In this document: one piece after another, positions 41,011 to 51,834 of the stretch
Position numbering within the stretch: the stretch's first letter is position 1
Layout of the letters: each line of letters starts with the position of its first letter
Origin: an uncultured Acidobacteriota bacterium
GTDB taxonomy: Bacteria > Acidobacteriota > Vicinamibacteria > Vicinamibacterales > UBA2999
Direction: 5' to 3'
Assembly (NCBI GenBank): GCA_963723495.1
Contig: CAVRQR010000015.1
Span: 34,323-98,322, forward strand
Length of the DNA stretch: 64,000 bases
The notes under the pieces: generated by a model
Database searches by the model: none
Seen by the model: only the letters and a program-made list of their open reading frames with translations
Told to the model about the DNA's origin: nothing
Translations under genes and position numbers: made by a program

Positions 41011-41499
41011 ATGAGTGAGCTCGAGAGAATCGCGGACCAGCTACGCCGCGGTTATCAGGGCGACGCCTGGCATGGTCCGTCCGTTCGCGCAGCGCTCGAA
41101 GGGGTCGACGCCAGGATCGCCACGACACGTCTTGTGTTGTCGGCGCACACGATCTGCGAGCTCGTGCTTCACATGACGGCGTGGACTCGCGAAGTGGCGC
41201 GTCGCCTGCGACTCGGCATTGCGCAGGAGCCCGAGGCTGGAGACTGGCCGGCGGGCGCCCCACGCAACGATACTGAGTGGAACGCCATTCTTGCCGAGCT
41301 CGATGCGGCGAACGCGGAAGTCCTCGATGCGATCGCACGTCTGAAGGATGCGTTACTCGACGAGCGAATTGGGGACGAGCGCGACCGCTCGCTGGGGAGT
41401 GGCGTCACGCGTTACGTCACGCTGCACGGCCTGGTTCAGCATCACGCCTACCATGCCGGTCAGATCTCTCTCTTGAAGAAGGCGATCGGCAAGAGCTGA
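41011..41499 (+). CDS. DinB-family protein
   Basis: Four-helix pattern with WHGPS, HTICELVLHM and YHAGQISLLKK. Confidence 0.7.
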   Translation: MSELERIADQLRRGYQGDAWHGPSVRAALEGVDARIATTRLVLSAHTICELVLHMTAWTREVARRLRLGIAQEPEAGDWPAGAPRNDTEWNAILAELDAANAEVLDAIARLKDALLDERIGDERDRSLGSGVTRYVTLHGLVQHHAYHAGQISLLKKAIGKS

Positions 41500-41559
41500 A
41501 GAAGGGCCAACGTCGTGTCCGGCTTCGGCCGGACCTGAAGGCTGAGGAGGATCGAGCCC

Positions 41560-42561
41560 ATGCGCTCACAGCTGCTGGCTTTCGCGCTCGCTCTCGGTTG
41601 TGGAATCGTTGTCGTCGCGCAGCGCGGATCGAACCCACCTGCGCCCGCTTCTTCTGAGCGCCCTTCGCGGGCGCCACGCACCGCCGCGGAGTTCGACGAA
41701 CTGTTCAAGCAGGTCTCCAACTGGGGGCGCTGGGGAAAGGACGATCAACTCGGATCGGCCAATCTCGTGACCGACGCGAAGCGGAAACAAGCGGCCCGCC
41801 TCGTCCGAGCGGGAATCTCGGTGTCACTCGCGCACAACGTGCTGACGGAGAAAGCGGTCGACAACCCGAACCCGCTCGAGCACACCATGCTTCCCGGTTT
41901 CTTCATGGATAGCTACCGTGTCTCGTATCACGGATACGCGCATAGCCACATCGACGCACTCTGCCACATTCTCTACAAGGACCAGACGTACAACGGCTAC
42001 GCGCGCGCCGACGTCAATACCGAGAAGGGTTGCACCAGGCTCGGCATCGACGGCCTGAAAAACGGCATCGTCACCCGCGGCATCCTGATCGACATCCCGC
42101 GTTTGAAGAACCTCCCCTACCTCGAACCCGGCACACCAATCTACATAGAAGATCTCGAGGCGTGGGAGCGGAAGGCGGGCATCAAGATCTCATCGGGCGA
42201 CGCCATCTTCGTGCGCACTGGCCGCTGGGCGCGCCGCGAGAAACTTGGTCCCTGGAACATCGCCCAGAGCGCCGCAGGTGTCCATGCCTCCGTTGCGCCT
42301 TGGGTCAAGGCACGCGGCGTTGCCTTTGCGGGCAGCGATGCCGCCCTCGACGTCACACCGTCGCTGGTCGAAGGCTCGAACCTCGCGGTGCACACCTTGT
42401 TCATCACTGCGATGGGCATCCACTTGCTCGACAACCAGGATCTCGAAGCGGTGGCGGTGACGGCGGCGAAACTGAATCGCTGGGAATTCATGGTGACGAT
42501 CGCACCGATGCCGGTGACCGGGGGGACCGGGTTCCCGGTCAACACGCTCGCAATGTTCTAG
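41560..42561 (+). CDS. cyclase-family protein (kynurenine formamidase/isatin hydrolase-like fold), secreted
   Basis: Signal peptide MRSQLLAFALALGCGIVVVAQ. The metal motif region is YHGYAHSHIDALCH. GILIDIPR and FVRTGRW fit the family. Confidence 0.7.
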   Translation: MRSQLLAFALALGCGIVVVAQRGSNPPAPASSERPSRAPRTAAEFDELFKQVSNWGRWGKDDQLGSANLVTDAKRKQAARLVRAGISVSLAHNVLTEKAVDNPNPLEHTMLPGFFMDSYRVSYHGYAHSHIDALCHILYKDQTYNGYARADVNTEKGCTRLGIDGLKNGIVTRGILIDIPRLKNLPYLEPGTPIYIEDLEAWERKAGIKISSGDAIFVRTGRWARREKLGPWNIAQSAAGVHASVAPWVKARGVAFAGSDAALDVTPSLVEGSNLAVHTLFITAMGIHLLDNQDLEAVAVTAAKLNRWEFMVTIAPMPVTGGTGFPVNTLAMF

Positions 42562-43602
42562 CAGGCTGATGAAAGGCTCGCCCGGGCGGCGGCCATTCGC
42601 CAGAGGGGGAAAGACCATGCGTCAACAACGACCCATCTCCCAACGGTGCTTCTTGTTGTTCCCTGTCATCGCGATCCTGATCGCCGGTTCGTGGCAATCT
42701 CCCTCGCCTCTCGATGCGCAGACGCCGTCGTCCTCTCCGGCACGGAGCACGTGGTCGCCGCCGCGAACGCCGGACGGCCAGATCGATATCGAGGGAGTCT
42801 GGGACTTCAGCACGATCACACCGCTCGAACGGCCAGGCAGCGTGGGCAACAAGCAGACGTTTTCCGATGAAGAGGCCGCGGCCTTCGAGCAGGAAGAGAA
42901 TCGCCGGCAGAACCGCGACCTGATCGACCCGAAGAAAGGCGGTGCGCAGTACCTGCCCGGCAGCGTCATCCCCTATAACGAGTTCTGGTACGAGCGCGGT
43001 AACAAGATCGTGGGCTCGAAACGGACATCGCTGATCGTCGATCCGCCGGACGGCCGAATTCCTCCTCTGACACCGGAGGCGCAGCAGCGCCTGGACGCGC
43101 AGGCGGCGGCGGCGCGCGACGAGCAGCTTGGCCGCGTGCGCGCCGACTCACCCGCGTCTCGCTCGCTGGCCGATCGCTGCATCCTCGGATTCAACGCAGG
43201 ACCGCCGATGACACCCGGCGCCTACAACAATTACGTGCAGATCACACAGGCAGCCGGCGTGGTCACGCTGGGAGTGGAGATGGTGCACGACGTCCGCATC
43301 ATCCCGATAGACGGGCGTCCGCATCTGCCCTCCCGCATTCGGCAGTACAAGGGCGATTCGCGCGGCCGCTGGGAGGGGCGTACGCTCGTCATCGAGACAA
43401 CGAACTTCCTCCGTGAGACAAGTTTTCGTGGATCGAGCGCGAACCTGCATCTGGTCGAGCGCCTCACGCGCGTGGACGCCGACACACTGCTTTACGAGTT
43501 CACGGTCAGCGATCCGCGCACCTGGACGAGGCCGTGGACCGCGGCCATTCCTATGAAGAAGGCCGACGCGCCGATCTACGAATACGCCTGTCACGAGGGG
43601 AA

Positions 43603-44442
<840 letters not shown>

Positions 44443-44446
44443 GGCG

Positions 44447-46066
44447 TCAGGCGTACTCGAGTGCCTTGAACATCACGAGGCGCTGCTCGCGAATCGGATC
44501 GTTGACCAGCTTGCTGTCGTTGTCGATCACCATCGTCGGGCGATCGGTCGCGTTGAAGGCCGTCCAGCGCGGCAGCTTCGAGGTGTTGGGATCTCCCGTC
44601 CTCGCAAACGCAATCCAGGTGTGGCTCACCTTGTCGGCCAGCACCATTGCTTCGGGTCCTCCGCCGGTCAGACGAGCCGCCGCCTTCACGTTGTCGAACG
44701 CGAACGGAATCTCGATCGTGTGAGGCGACTTGAGACGGCCGCCGTCAACAGGCGTTTCCCACCTGAAATAGTAGAGGTACACGGGTCCCTTGCCGAGCGC
44801 GGCGCGCCGTTCCGCGATCTTCATGACCGGCCCGCTGTAGCGATGATCGCTCGCGATGAGGAAGTAAAGGTCGGACGCACTCGCCCCGGGGTTGGCCTTC
44901 TGGTACACCTCGATCGCGCTATTCGCATGCGTCCCAATCAATCCGCGGATACGACTGCGCATCTCGGCATCCGAAAGCTCGAAGTCCGCGGGCTGCGCAC
45001 TCGAGGTCAGCTCCGTGCGAGTCGAGCCCAGCATGACCGGCACATCGGCAGACACACTGGATGCGACCGGATGGAAGGGATGTGCGGGAACGAACTTGCC
45101 GTCAACGAGCGGCGAGAATCCCTGGGTCATCTGGTCGACGTTCATCCGCCGCACGACCTGGAAGTACGCCGCCATGATCTTGTCGAACGGCAGCTTCTGC
45201 AGCTCTCGCGCGTGTCCTTTGGCGATGCCCAGCGTGGACATCAGCTCATGAGCGGCGCGTGCACCCTGCTCGCGTTCCACCAGCTTCAGCGTCGCCCCGC
45301 TCTCGATAATCGCTCGATGGAACAACCCTTTAGCCGACGGCATGGCGAGGAGCGTGGCAACCTTCCGGCCGCCACCGGACTGCCCAAAGATCATGACGGT
45401 GCGCGGGTCGCCACCGAACCGTGCGATGTTGTCCCGTACCCACTGCAGGGCGAACACGATATCGAGCATCCCGGCATCGCCCGAGCCTGCGAACTCTGAA
45501 CCGCCCGCATCGTCAAGGGCCGTGAATCCCAGCACGTTGAGGCGGTGATTGATCGTCACCACCACGACGTCGCCTCGCCGAGCGAGGTTCGCGCCCTCGG
45601 TCACCGGTGACGACCCTGAGCCGGTCGCGAATCCACCGCCGTGGCACCAGAACATGACCGGCCGCTTGCGTCCGTTATCGAGTGCAGGCGTCCAGACGTT
45701 GAGGACCAGGCAGTCTTCGCTTTCTGCCGGAAGGCCCGCGGCCGCTACGGTCAGCGGCGACGCGCTTCGGCCGACGCCTGGCTCACGCTGCGGGGCGCTT
45801 GGGCCGTACGCGATCGCATCGCGCACGCCGGCCCACTTCGCTGGCGCCACGGGAGGCATGAACCTGTTCCCGCCGGCCGTGCTCGCTCCGTACGGAATGC
45901 CCTTGAATGTCTTGATCCCGGCGACGTCGGTTCCGCGCACGCGGCCATAGGTTGTTTCGACGGTGACCGGCGAACCTTCGTCGGCGAAGACGCGCGCCAT
46001 GCCGAGGCTCGAGGCCGCAATCAAGAGACCGGATTCTCGAAGAAAGTCTCGACGGGATTGCATCAT
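44447..46066 (-). CDS. type-B carboxylesterase/lipase family protein with Tat signal
   Basis: MMQSRRDFLRESGLLIAASSLGMARVFA. FKGIPYGA, VMFWCHGGGF and the nucleophile elbow IFGQSGGG. The start overlaps the coxG stop codon (ATGA). Confidence 0.85.
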   Translation of the reverse strand: MMQSRRDFLRESGLLIAASSLGMARVFADEGSPVTVETTYGRVRGTDVAGIKTFKGIPYGASTAGGNRFMPPVAPAKWAGVRDAIAYGPSAPQREPGVGRSASPLTVAAAGLPAESEDCLVLNVWTPALDNGRKRPVMFWCHGGGFATGSGSSPVTEGANLARRGDVVVVTINHRLNVLGFTALDDAGGSEFAGSGDAGMLDIVFALQWVRDNIARFGGDPRTVMIFGQSGGGRKVATLLAMPSAKGLFHRAIIESGATLKLVEREQGARAAHELMSTLGIAKGHARELQKLPFDKIMAAYFQVVRRMNVDQMTQGFSPLVDGKFVPAHPFHPVASSVSADVPVMLGSTRTELTSSAQPADFELSDAEMRSRIRGLIGTHANSAIEVYQKANPGASASDLYFLIASDHRYSGPVMKIAERRAALGKGPVYLYYFRWETPVDGGRLKSPHTIEIPFAFDNVKAAARLTGGGPEAMVLADKVSHTWIAFARTGDPNTSKLPRWTAFNATDRPTMVIDNDSKLVNDPIREQRLVMFKALEYA

Positions 46067-46503
46067 GACCCTCCCACTTTCCCCTGCAGGCATGCGAAGA
46101 ACCGATCCTGCATCATTTTCGATACGCTGGAAATCAACCGCTGTCCCATTCGCGCAATCGGGCCGCCCGTCTGCACCGTGCCGCTGACCTCGACGATGGT
46201 GCCGTCCCCGTCGGGCCGCAGCGCAATCGCCGCATTTCCTTTCACGAACCCTGGTTTTCCCTGCCCTTCCACCGTCAGGCGGTACCAGGTGTTATCGACT
46301 TGGTCGGAGATCACCACCGTACCGTCATATGTGCCCGTGATCGCGGCGAGTGCCACCGTAAGTCGAGCACGATAGCGATCTGGTCCCTCCGGCTCGAGCG
46401 ATTCACATCCTGGAATGCAGGAAGAGATCGAAGCCGGGTCCATGAGAAGAGCCCACACGCGCGCGGGAGGCGCGTTGAATGTATACGAACCGCTGATATC
46501 CAT
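46063..46503 (-). CDS. coxG: SRPBCC-fold CoxG-like protein
   Basis: MDISGSYTFNAPPARVWALLMDP...CIPGCESL...GPIARMGQRLI is the typical carbon monoxide dehydrogenase subunit G family pattern. Confidence 0.75.
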   Translation of the reverse strand: MDISGSYTFNAPPARVWALLMDPASISSCIPGCESLEPEGPDRYRARLTVALAAITGTYDGTVVISDQVDNTWYRLTVEGQGKPGFVKGNAAIALRPDGDGTIVEVSGTVQTGGPIARMGQRLISSVSKMMQDRFFACLQGKVGGS

Positions 46504-47678
46504 CAGATGGAGGCGCGTCGGCGCCGCGACGGCGCACGTGACGCGATTGCGCCCAAGTGTACCGCCAACTCCGCGAGATCGGCGAGCGTTCGCGCAGCGA
46601 GGAAATCGTCCACGAACGGCAGGGCGGCCTGGAGACCGCGTGTCAGCGGCGCGTAGTCCAGCGTGCCGATGAGCGGGTTGAGCCAGATCAGACGGTGACA
46701 GCTTCGCTGCAATCGGGCCACCTGTCCACGCAGCACATGTGGATCACCGCGGTCCCATCCATCGGAGATCAGGAGAACCACCGGGGCCTGATGCAGGACG
46801 CGGCGCGCCCATCGCTGGTGAAACTGTCGCAACGCCGGACCGATACGCGTCCCACCTGACCAGTCGGGAACCACATCGGACACGGCATCCACCGCGTCCC
46901 TGAGTCGCCGGAGTCGGAGCTGTCGCGTCACGCGAGTGAGGCCGGTGGAAAACAGGAACACCTCGAGCCGCCCGCGACGATGCGCCAGTCCGTGAGCGAA
47001 ATGCAGCAGCATGCGCGAGTAGCGCTCCATCGAGCCGCTGACGTCGCACAGGAGCACCAGTGGCCGCGGCTTCGAACGGCGACGACGAGACGGCAACGTG
47101 ATGACTTCGCCACCAGTCCGCAGGCTTCGCATCAACGCCCGCCGGAGATCGATGCGCGGGCCGCGGCCGCGGATCCACCGACGCGTGCGTCGTTCACCGG
47201 GAATCCAGTCGAGGTGCTCGAGCGCCAGTCGCGCGCGCGCCATTTCCTCTTCCGTGAAGTCGGCGAAGTCCTTGTGGGCCAGGCCACCCACATCACTCCA
47301 CGTCTGAACGACGCCTTCTGCGGCATCGTCGCGGCTGTCATCCGGGGTGGAGCCCTCCTCTGGAGGCAAGAGACCTGCTGCCGCTGACGCAAGTGCAGCC
47401 GTCGTTCGTGCGTCGCGAACGCGGGTGCCCGACGTTGCAAACGGGTTGGAATGGTCACGCCAGAAGGCATCGAAGACTTCCGCGAATGCGGCAAGCTGTT
47501 CATGCCGTTGCACGAGCAGGGCGCGGCAGGTATGAAATACCTCATCGCGCGAGTTCAGATCGACGTGCGTAAGGGCTTCAGTCAGATCGAGGACACGTCC
47601 AACCGGCACTTCGAAGCCAACGCGCCGAAGCAGCCTGCTGAACGCAACGAGGTTGTCGACGAAGTGTCCCGCTTGCAA
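46503..47678 (-). CDS. coxE: VWA-domain CoxE-like protein
   Basis: An in-frame TTG at 47678 gives about 391 aa. The VWA MIDAS region is LVLLCDVSGSMERYS. The C-terminus is LIWLNPL. The long upstream extension of ORF 46503-48020 overlaps coxD and is not credible. Confidence 0.75.
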   Translation of the reverse strand: MQAGHFVDNLVAFSRLLRRVGFEVPVGRVLDLTEALTHVDLNSRDEVFHTCRALLVQRHEQLAAFAEVFDAFWRDHSNPFATSGTRVRDARTTAALASAAAGLLPPEEGSTPDDSRDDAAEGVVQTWSDVGGLAHKDFADFTEEEMARARLALEHLDWIPGERRTRRWIRGRGPRIDLRRALMRSLRTGGEVITLPSRRRRSKPRPLVLLCDVSGSMERYSRMLLHFAHGLAHRRGRLEVFLFSTGLTRVTRQLRLRRLRDAVDAVSDVVPDWSGGTRIGPALRQFHQRWARRVLHQAPVVLLISDGWDRGDPHVLRGQVARLQRSCHRLIWLNPLIGTLDYAPLTRGLQAALPFVDDFLAARTLADLAELAVHLGAIASRAPSRRRRASI

Positions 47679-47710
47679 TTCCCGACTCCCGACGCGGTCC
47701 GGGTATCCGG

Positions 47711-48664
47711 CTACCGGGCCAGCGCGCGCTGCAGCAATCCGGCAAGCCGGTCGCCGCGAATGGCGTCGATATCGTCCTTTGCCTTGAGCACGACACCGAG
47801 CGTTTCTTCGATCGCCGCGACGTCCAGCGCCTGACGATTGAGCGCGGCCAGGGCGGACACCCAGTCGAGTGTCTCGGAGACGCCAGGCACTTTGTACAAC
47901 TCGACGCCTCGCAGCTCGTGAACGAGCGCCGTGACCTGGCGCGCCAGTTGTTCGGCGGCGTGCGGTACGCGCGCGTGGACAATCGCCATCTCCTTCTCGA
48001 AGGAGGGATATTCGATCCACTGATACAGGCAGCGCCGCTTCAGCGCATCGTGGACTTCACGCGTGCGATTGGACGTCAGGATTACAAGCGGCGGTTTGGT
48101 CGCGCGCACGGTCCCAAGCTCGGGGATCGTGATCTGAAATTCGGCCAGCAGCTCGAGAAGGTAGCCCTCGAACTCCTCGTCGGCCCGATCGATTTCGTCG
48201 ATCAGCAACACCGCGGGACGGGCGCGTTCCGGATCGATGGCCTGGAGCAGAGGGCGCTTGAGCAGGAAGCTCGCGTGGTACAGCTCGCGGCGGGCGGCCG
48301 ACTTGAGGAGCCCTCCCGTTGCTTCGAGGATTCGCAGTTCCAGCAGCTGCCGCGCGTAGTCCCATTCGTACACGGCATTGGCAACATCCAGCCCCTCGTA
48401 GCACTGCAGCCGGATGAGATCGGCGTCGAGCGCCGCCGCCGCGGCCGCGGCCAGCGATGTCTTGCCGACGCCCGCCTCTCCTTCGAGAAACAACGGCTTG
48501 CCAAGACGAAGTGCCAGGAACAGTGCGATAGCCAGCCCGCGGTCGGCCACGTAGTGGTGCGACGCGAGTCGCTGCTCGAGTTCGGAGATGGATCCGGGAG
48601 AGATAGGCGTGACCCCTGCGCGTGTTGAAGCGGGGCGGAGTATAGCACTCCCGGCGGCGTGCAA
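47711..48664 (-). CDS. coxD: MoxR-like AAA+ ATPase CoxD-like
   Basis: Walker A LEGEAGVGKTS and Walker B LLIDEIDRADEE. The start is placed at an in-frame TTG (48664), because the 5' part of ORF 47711-48910 overlaps the divergent DUF4139 gene. The start is uncertain. Confidence 0.75.
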   Translation of the reverse strand: MHAAGSAILRPASTRAGVTPISPGSISELEQRLASHHYVADRGLAIALFLALRLGKPLFLEGEAGVGKTSLAAAAAAALDADLIRLQCYEGLDVANAVYEWDYARQLLELRILEATGGLLKSAARRELYHASFLLKRPLLQAIDPERARPAVLLIDEIDRADEEFEGYLLELLAEFQITIPELGTVRATKPPLVILTSNRTREVHDALKRRCLYQWIEYPSFEKEMAIVHARVPHAAEQLARQVTALVHELRGVELYKVPGVSETLDWVSALAALNRQALDVAAIEETLGVVLKAKDDIDAIRGDRLAGLLQRALAR

Positions 48665-48734
48665 GAATCCCAGCCGTCCCCGTTCAAAGGACAGATGCCC
48701 GATATCCGGGCTTCTTTGGAAAGGGGTTGTCACA

Positions 48735-50378
48735 ATGCGTCCTCGAAACGGGTTGCACACGCGTGCACGTCTGTGGCTGCTGGGAGGCGCCCTCGCAACT
48801 GCGGCGGTCGTGGTGCCAGCAATCACCACCACCCCCACCGCCAGCGCGGCAGCACCCGCGGCTCCCGCGCAGGGTTCGTCGACGCTCGACGACCAGACCG
48901 AACTGGCCATAACGGTCTACAACTCGAACATCGCGCTCGTACGCGACGTCCGCACGCTGCAGCTTCCACGCGGCACCTTCGACCTGCAGTTCATGGACAT
49001 TGCCGCAACCGTCAATCCGGCGACCGTCCACTTCAGGTCCCTCACCGAGCCGAATCGCGTCAGTGTGCTCGAGCAGAACTACGAGTACGACCTGCTCGAG
49101 CCCGACAAGCTGCTGCGGAAGTACGTGGGGCGTGACGTGACGCTCGTTCGCCGCAGACAAGACGATGGCCGGACGATCGAGGAGCCGGTGACCGCGCGCC
49201 TCCTCAGCTACAACAACGCGCCCGTCTGGCAGATCGGGAACGAGATCGTGACTGGCCTCGGAGCCGACCATATCCGCTTCCCGGAGCTTCCCGGCAACCT
49301 GTTTTCGCGTCCGACCCTGATCTGGTCGCTCAATAACGATGGCGCCACGCGCCACCGCGTCGAGGCCTCGTATCTGGCAACCAGCGTGAAGTGGAACGCC
49401 GACTACGTCTTGACCGTGGGGCGCGACGACAAGGCGGCCGACCTTAACGGCTGGGTCACGGTCAACAACGGCAGCGGGACGGCATTCCGGAATGCCACGC
49501 TGCAATTGGTCGCGGGCGATCTGAACCGTGTTTACCAGACGAGAGATCGCCTTGAACTCGACGAACGTGTCATGAAGGTTCCCGCCAGCGCCGCGCGCGA
49601 GATGACACAGGAGGCGTTCTCCGACTACCACCTGTACACGCTCGATCGCAAGACGACGATCAACAACAACCAGACCAAGCAGGTCAGCATGCTCGACGCC
49701 ACCGGCTTCCCGGTTACCAAGCGCTACGTTGTCGACGGCCAGGCGTTCTACTACCGCAATGCGCAGCAGCCGGGCGCGCCGATCAAAGATGTCGTGCAGG
49801 TCTTCTACCAGTTCAAGAACGATGACGCGGTCGGACTTGGGGTTCCGATGCCGGCCGGCGTCGTTCGTGTCTACCAGGCGGACTCAAAGGGCGGCACGCA
49901 GTTCGTTGGCGAGGATCGCATCGCGCACACGCCGACCGACGAAACGCTCAAGCTGAAAATTGGCAATGCGTTCGACGTCGTGGCCGAGCGAAAGCAGACT
50001 GACTTCGAGAAGATCACCTCGAACGTGTACGAGATGGAATACGAGGTTGTCCTGCGCAACCACAAGACGACGCCGATCTCCGTCGAGGTCAACGAGCCGA
50101 TCGGTGGCACGTGGCGCATGCTGACGACCAGTCACCAGTGGACGAAGACGGACGCGTGGGCGGCGCAGTTCAACGTGCCCGTTGCGGCGAGCGGCAGTGC
50201 AACGCTGAAGTACCGTGTTCGGGTGACGTACCATCGTCAACTCTCAATCTCCAACTCCCAAAAGCTTCGAGCTTCGTTGTTGGCTTGGAAATTGGGAGTT
50301 GAGCGTGAGAGCGATCCGGTAAGCGGCGCAGCTCGCAGGATCGCTTTCACAGCGGTGACGAAGGACTGCTCTGGATAG
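48735..50378 (+). CDS. DUF4139-domain (MuiA-like) secreted protein; 3' end reads through a repeat element
   Basis: Start taken at MRPRNGLHTRARLWLLGGALATAAVVV. ITVYNSNIALVRD, ASYLATSVKWNADYVL and LKYRVRVTY fit the family. The last 45 or so codons are encoded by the heptamer hairpin at 50238-50311 and its flank. Confidence 0.65.
   Translation: MRPRNGLHTRARLWLLGGALATAAVVVPAITTTPTASAAAPAAPAQGSSTLDDQTELAITVYNSNIALVRDVRTLQLPRGTFDLQFMDIAATVNPATVHFRSLTEPNRVSVLEQNYEYDLLEPDKLLRKYVGRDVTLVRRRQDDGRTIEEPVTARLLSYNNAPVWQIGNEIVTGLGADHIRFPELPGNLFSRPTLIWSLNNDGATRHRVEASYLATSVKWNADYVLTVGRDDKAADLNGWVTVNNGSGTAFRNATLQLVAGDLNRVYQTRDRLELDERVMKVPASAAREMTQEAFSDYHLYTLDRKTTINNNQTKQVSMLDATGFPVTKRYVVDGQAFYYRNAQQPGAPIKDVVQVFYQFKNDDAVGLGVPMPAGVVRVYQADSKGGTQFVGEDRIAHTPTDETLKLKIGNAFDVVAERKQTDFEKITSNVYEMEYEVVLRNHKTTPISVEVNEPIGGTWRMLTTSHQWTKTDAWAAQFNVPVAASGSATLKYRVRVTYHRQLSISNSQKLRASLLAWKLGVERESDPVSGAARRIAFTAVTKDCSG
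50238..50311. repeat. hairpin built from tandem 7-nt words (CAACTCY / RAGTTGR)
   Basis: The left arm is CAACTCT CAATCTC CAACTCC CAAAAGC (50238-50265). The right arm is GTTGTTG GCTTGGA AATTGGG AGTTGAG CGTGAGA (50276-50310). Confidence 0.7.
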
Positions 50379-50379
50379 A

Positions 50380-51290
50380 CGCGCATCAAGACGCGACCCG
50401 CCGCAGCAGATGCGCGAGACAGCTCTGGTACGCGGCGTGCGTAAACTGGCGAACGATTGCTAGCCGTGCCTGCAGCACGCCAGCCTAGTCGACGCCGATG
50501 ACGTGTGCGGCTTGCGCGAGGCCGCGATCGGGCTGGATCGCATAGCCGGTCGTCTCCGGCGTGACAAAGGCCCAGAGCACTGCGATCGGCATCGACACGC
50601 CAGCTGGTTTCGTCGGCGGTAACCACCGGACTGCCGCGCACCGTTGCGCTCGACAGGTCAGAGATAGGCTGCGCCTGCCGGGCGGCGCGATGGACGGCGT
50701 GGACCAGCCACGGCGCGTGACCGTGAGGACGAAGCGGTCGCGGAGCAGGGCCGCGTTCTTGCCGTAGAGCAGCCCGAAGCGCTTATTGAGGAGCACCGCG
50801 AGGCGCGACGGCCTGCGGGCCCGTGTTGCACGGCTGCGGAGAGCAGCGCGTCGGCGGTGTGCGGCGGATGCCGGCTTTGCGAGGCGGCGACGGCACAGCG
50901 TGCCACGACGATGTGCGTCGTGACGCGCGGCGAATCGGGTGATGAATCGGCAGCTCGTGTTGTATGCGTGCGCAACTAGAACCGGCGCACGTGACCGGCA
51001 CAATGGGGCGCTGTGTGGCATCGGGACGGGCACGTCCATCGATGAGCACAGCCGCGCAGGCGAGGGGCTCGCGATCGTAGGCCAGCTCCGGCTTTGCGGC
51101 CGGATCGCCGCAGCACCGCGACGCGCTTCCCGCGCGAGAACGGCGCGGCGGGCGAGACTCCGCTCGGCGCGCGGCCTCCAGTTGGTCTTTCAGCTTCTCG
51201 GCTCGCGCCGCAGGCACTGTCGCTCGGCTTCCGAACGCCGCAGGTTTCCTCCAGCTGCGCGATACGCCGAGCTATCGTCGATAATTTGCT
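50380..51290 (-). pseudogene. DDE transposase remnant (IS66-like family), multiple frame breaks and an internal stop
   Basis: Fragments lie in different minus-strand frames. These are RRIAQLEE, APFSRGKRV...RRSGRKAGAG, LLNKRFGLLYGKNAALLRDRFVLTVTRRG, VVTADETSWRV, LWAFVTPETTGYAIQPDRGLAQAAHVIGVD(stop)AGVL and FTHAAYQSCLAHLLRR. The family is assigned from memory of DDE_Tnp_IS66-type proteins. Confidence 0.55.
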
Positions 51291-51305
51291 GCGGGCACGC
51301 AGGGA

Positions 51306-51329
51306 TGGAAATTGGCAGTTGAGGCTGAG
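51306..51329. repeat. second copy of the right-arm heptamer word block
   Basis: TGGAAATTGGCAGTTGAGGCTGAG compared with TGGAAATTGGGAGTTGAGCGTGAG at 50286-50309 matches at 21 of 24 positions by hand count. Confidence 0.65.
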
Positions 51330-51333
51330 GCCT

Positions 51334-51765
51334 CTACAGAGATCGCAGATACGCGATCACATCAGCCGCGTCCTGCGGCGTCATGCGGAATCTCGGCATC
51401 GGGTATCGCAGCTGCGTCCCGTCGCGCTTGATGGCGCCCTGCGTCAGCAAACGCGTCGCTTCGGCATCGGTGTAGCCGGGCAGGCCGGCAATGCGGGGGA
51501 TTTGAAGCGGCCAATCCGAGCGCCATGGTGGACGCATCGGCATAGGCCCTCCGTTGAATCTCGTTCCTGGCACGATGTTGCCCTGGAGATCGCGAGCCGA
51601 ATGGCACTCGTAGCACATGGCGACGCGCTCAACGAGATAGCGTCCGTGCTCGATATTTCCCGAGGGTGTGCTGGCCGCCGGCGCTGGTTGTTGGGCCGAC
51701 GATCGGACTCCGACGATCAGGAGCGCACAGGCCCCCAAGAAAACGAACAGACGTGAAACCGACAT
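51334..51765 (-). CDS. class I c-type cytochrome, secreted
   Basis: Signal peptide MSVSRLFVFLGACALLIVGV, heme site CYECHS, and a distal Met region (YPMPRF). Confidence 0.8.
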   Translation of the reverse strand: MSVSRLFVFLGACALLIVGVRSSAQQPAPAASTPSGNIEHGRYLVERVAMCYECHSARDLQGNIVPGTRFNGGPMPMRPPWRSDWPLQIPRIAGLPGYTDAEATRLLTQGAIKRDGTQLRYPMPRFRMTPQDAADVIAYLRSL

Positions 51766-51834
51766 TGATCCCTCCTCTCCGCATTATCTGCGAGAACGAT
51801 CTCTTGGCCCGCGGCGGCGCCGGGGACTCGCGGA

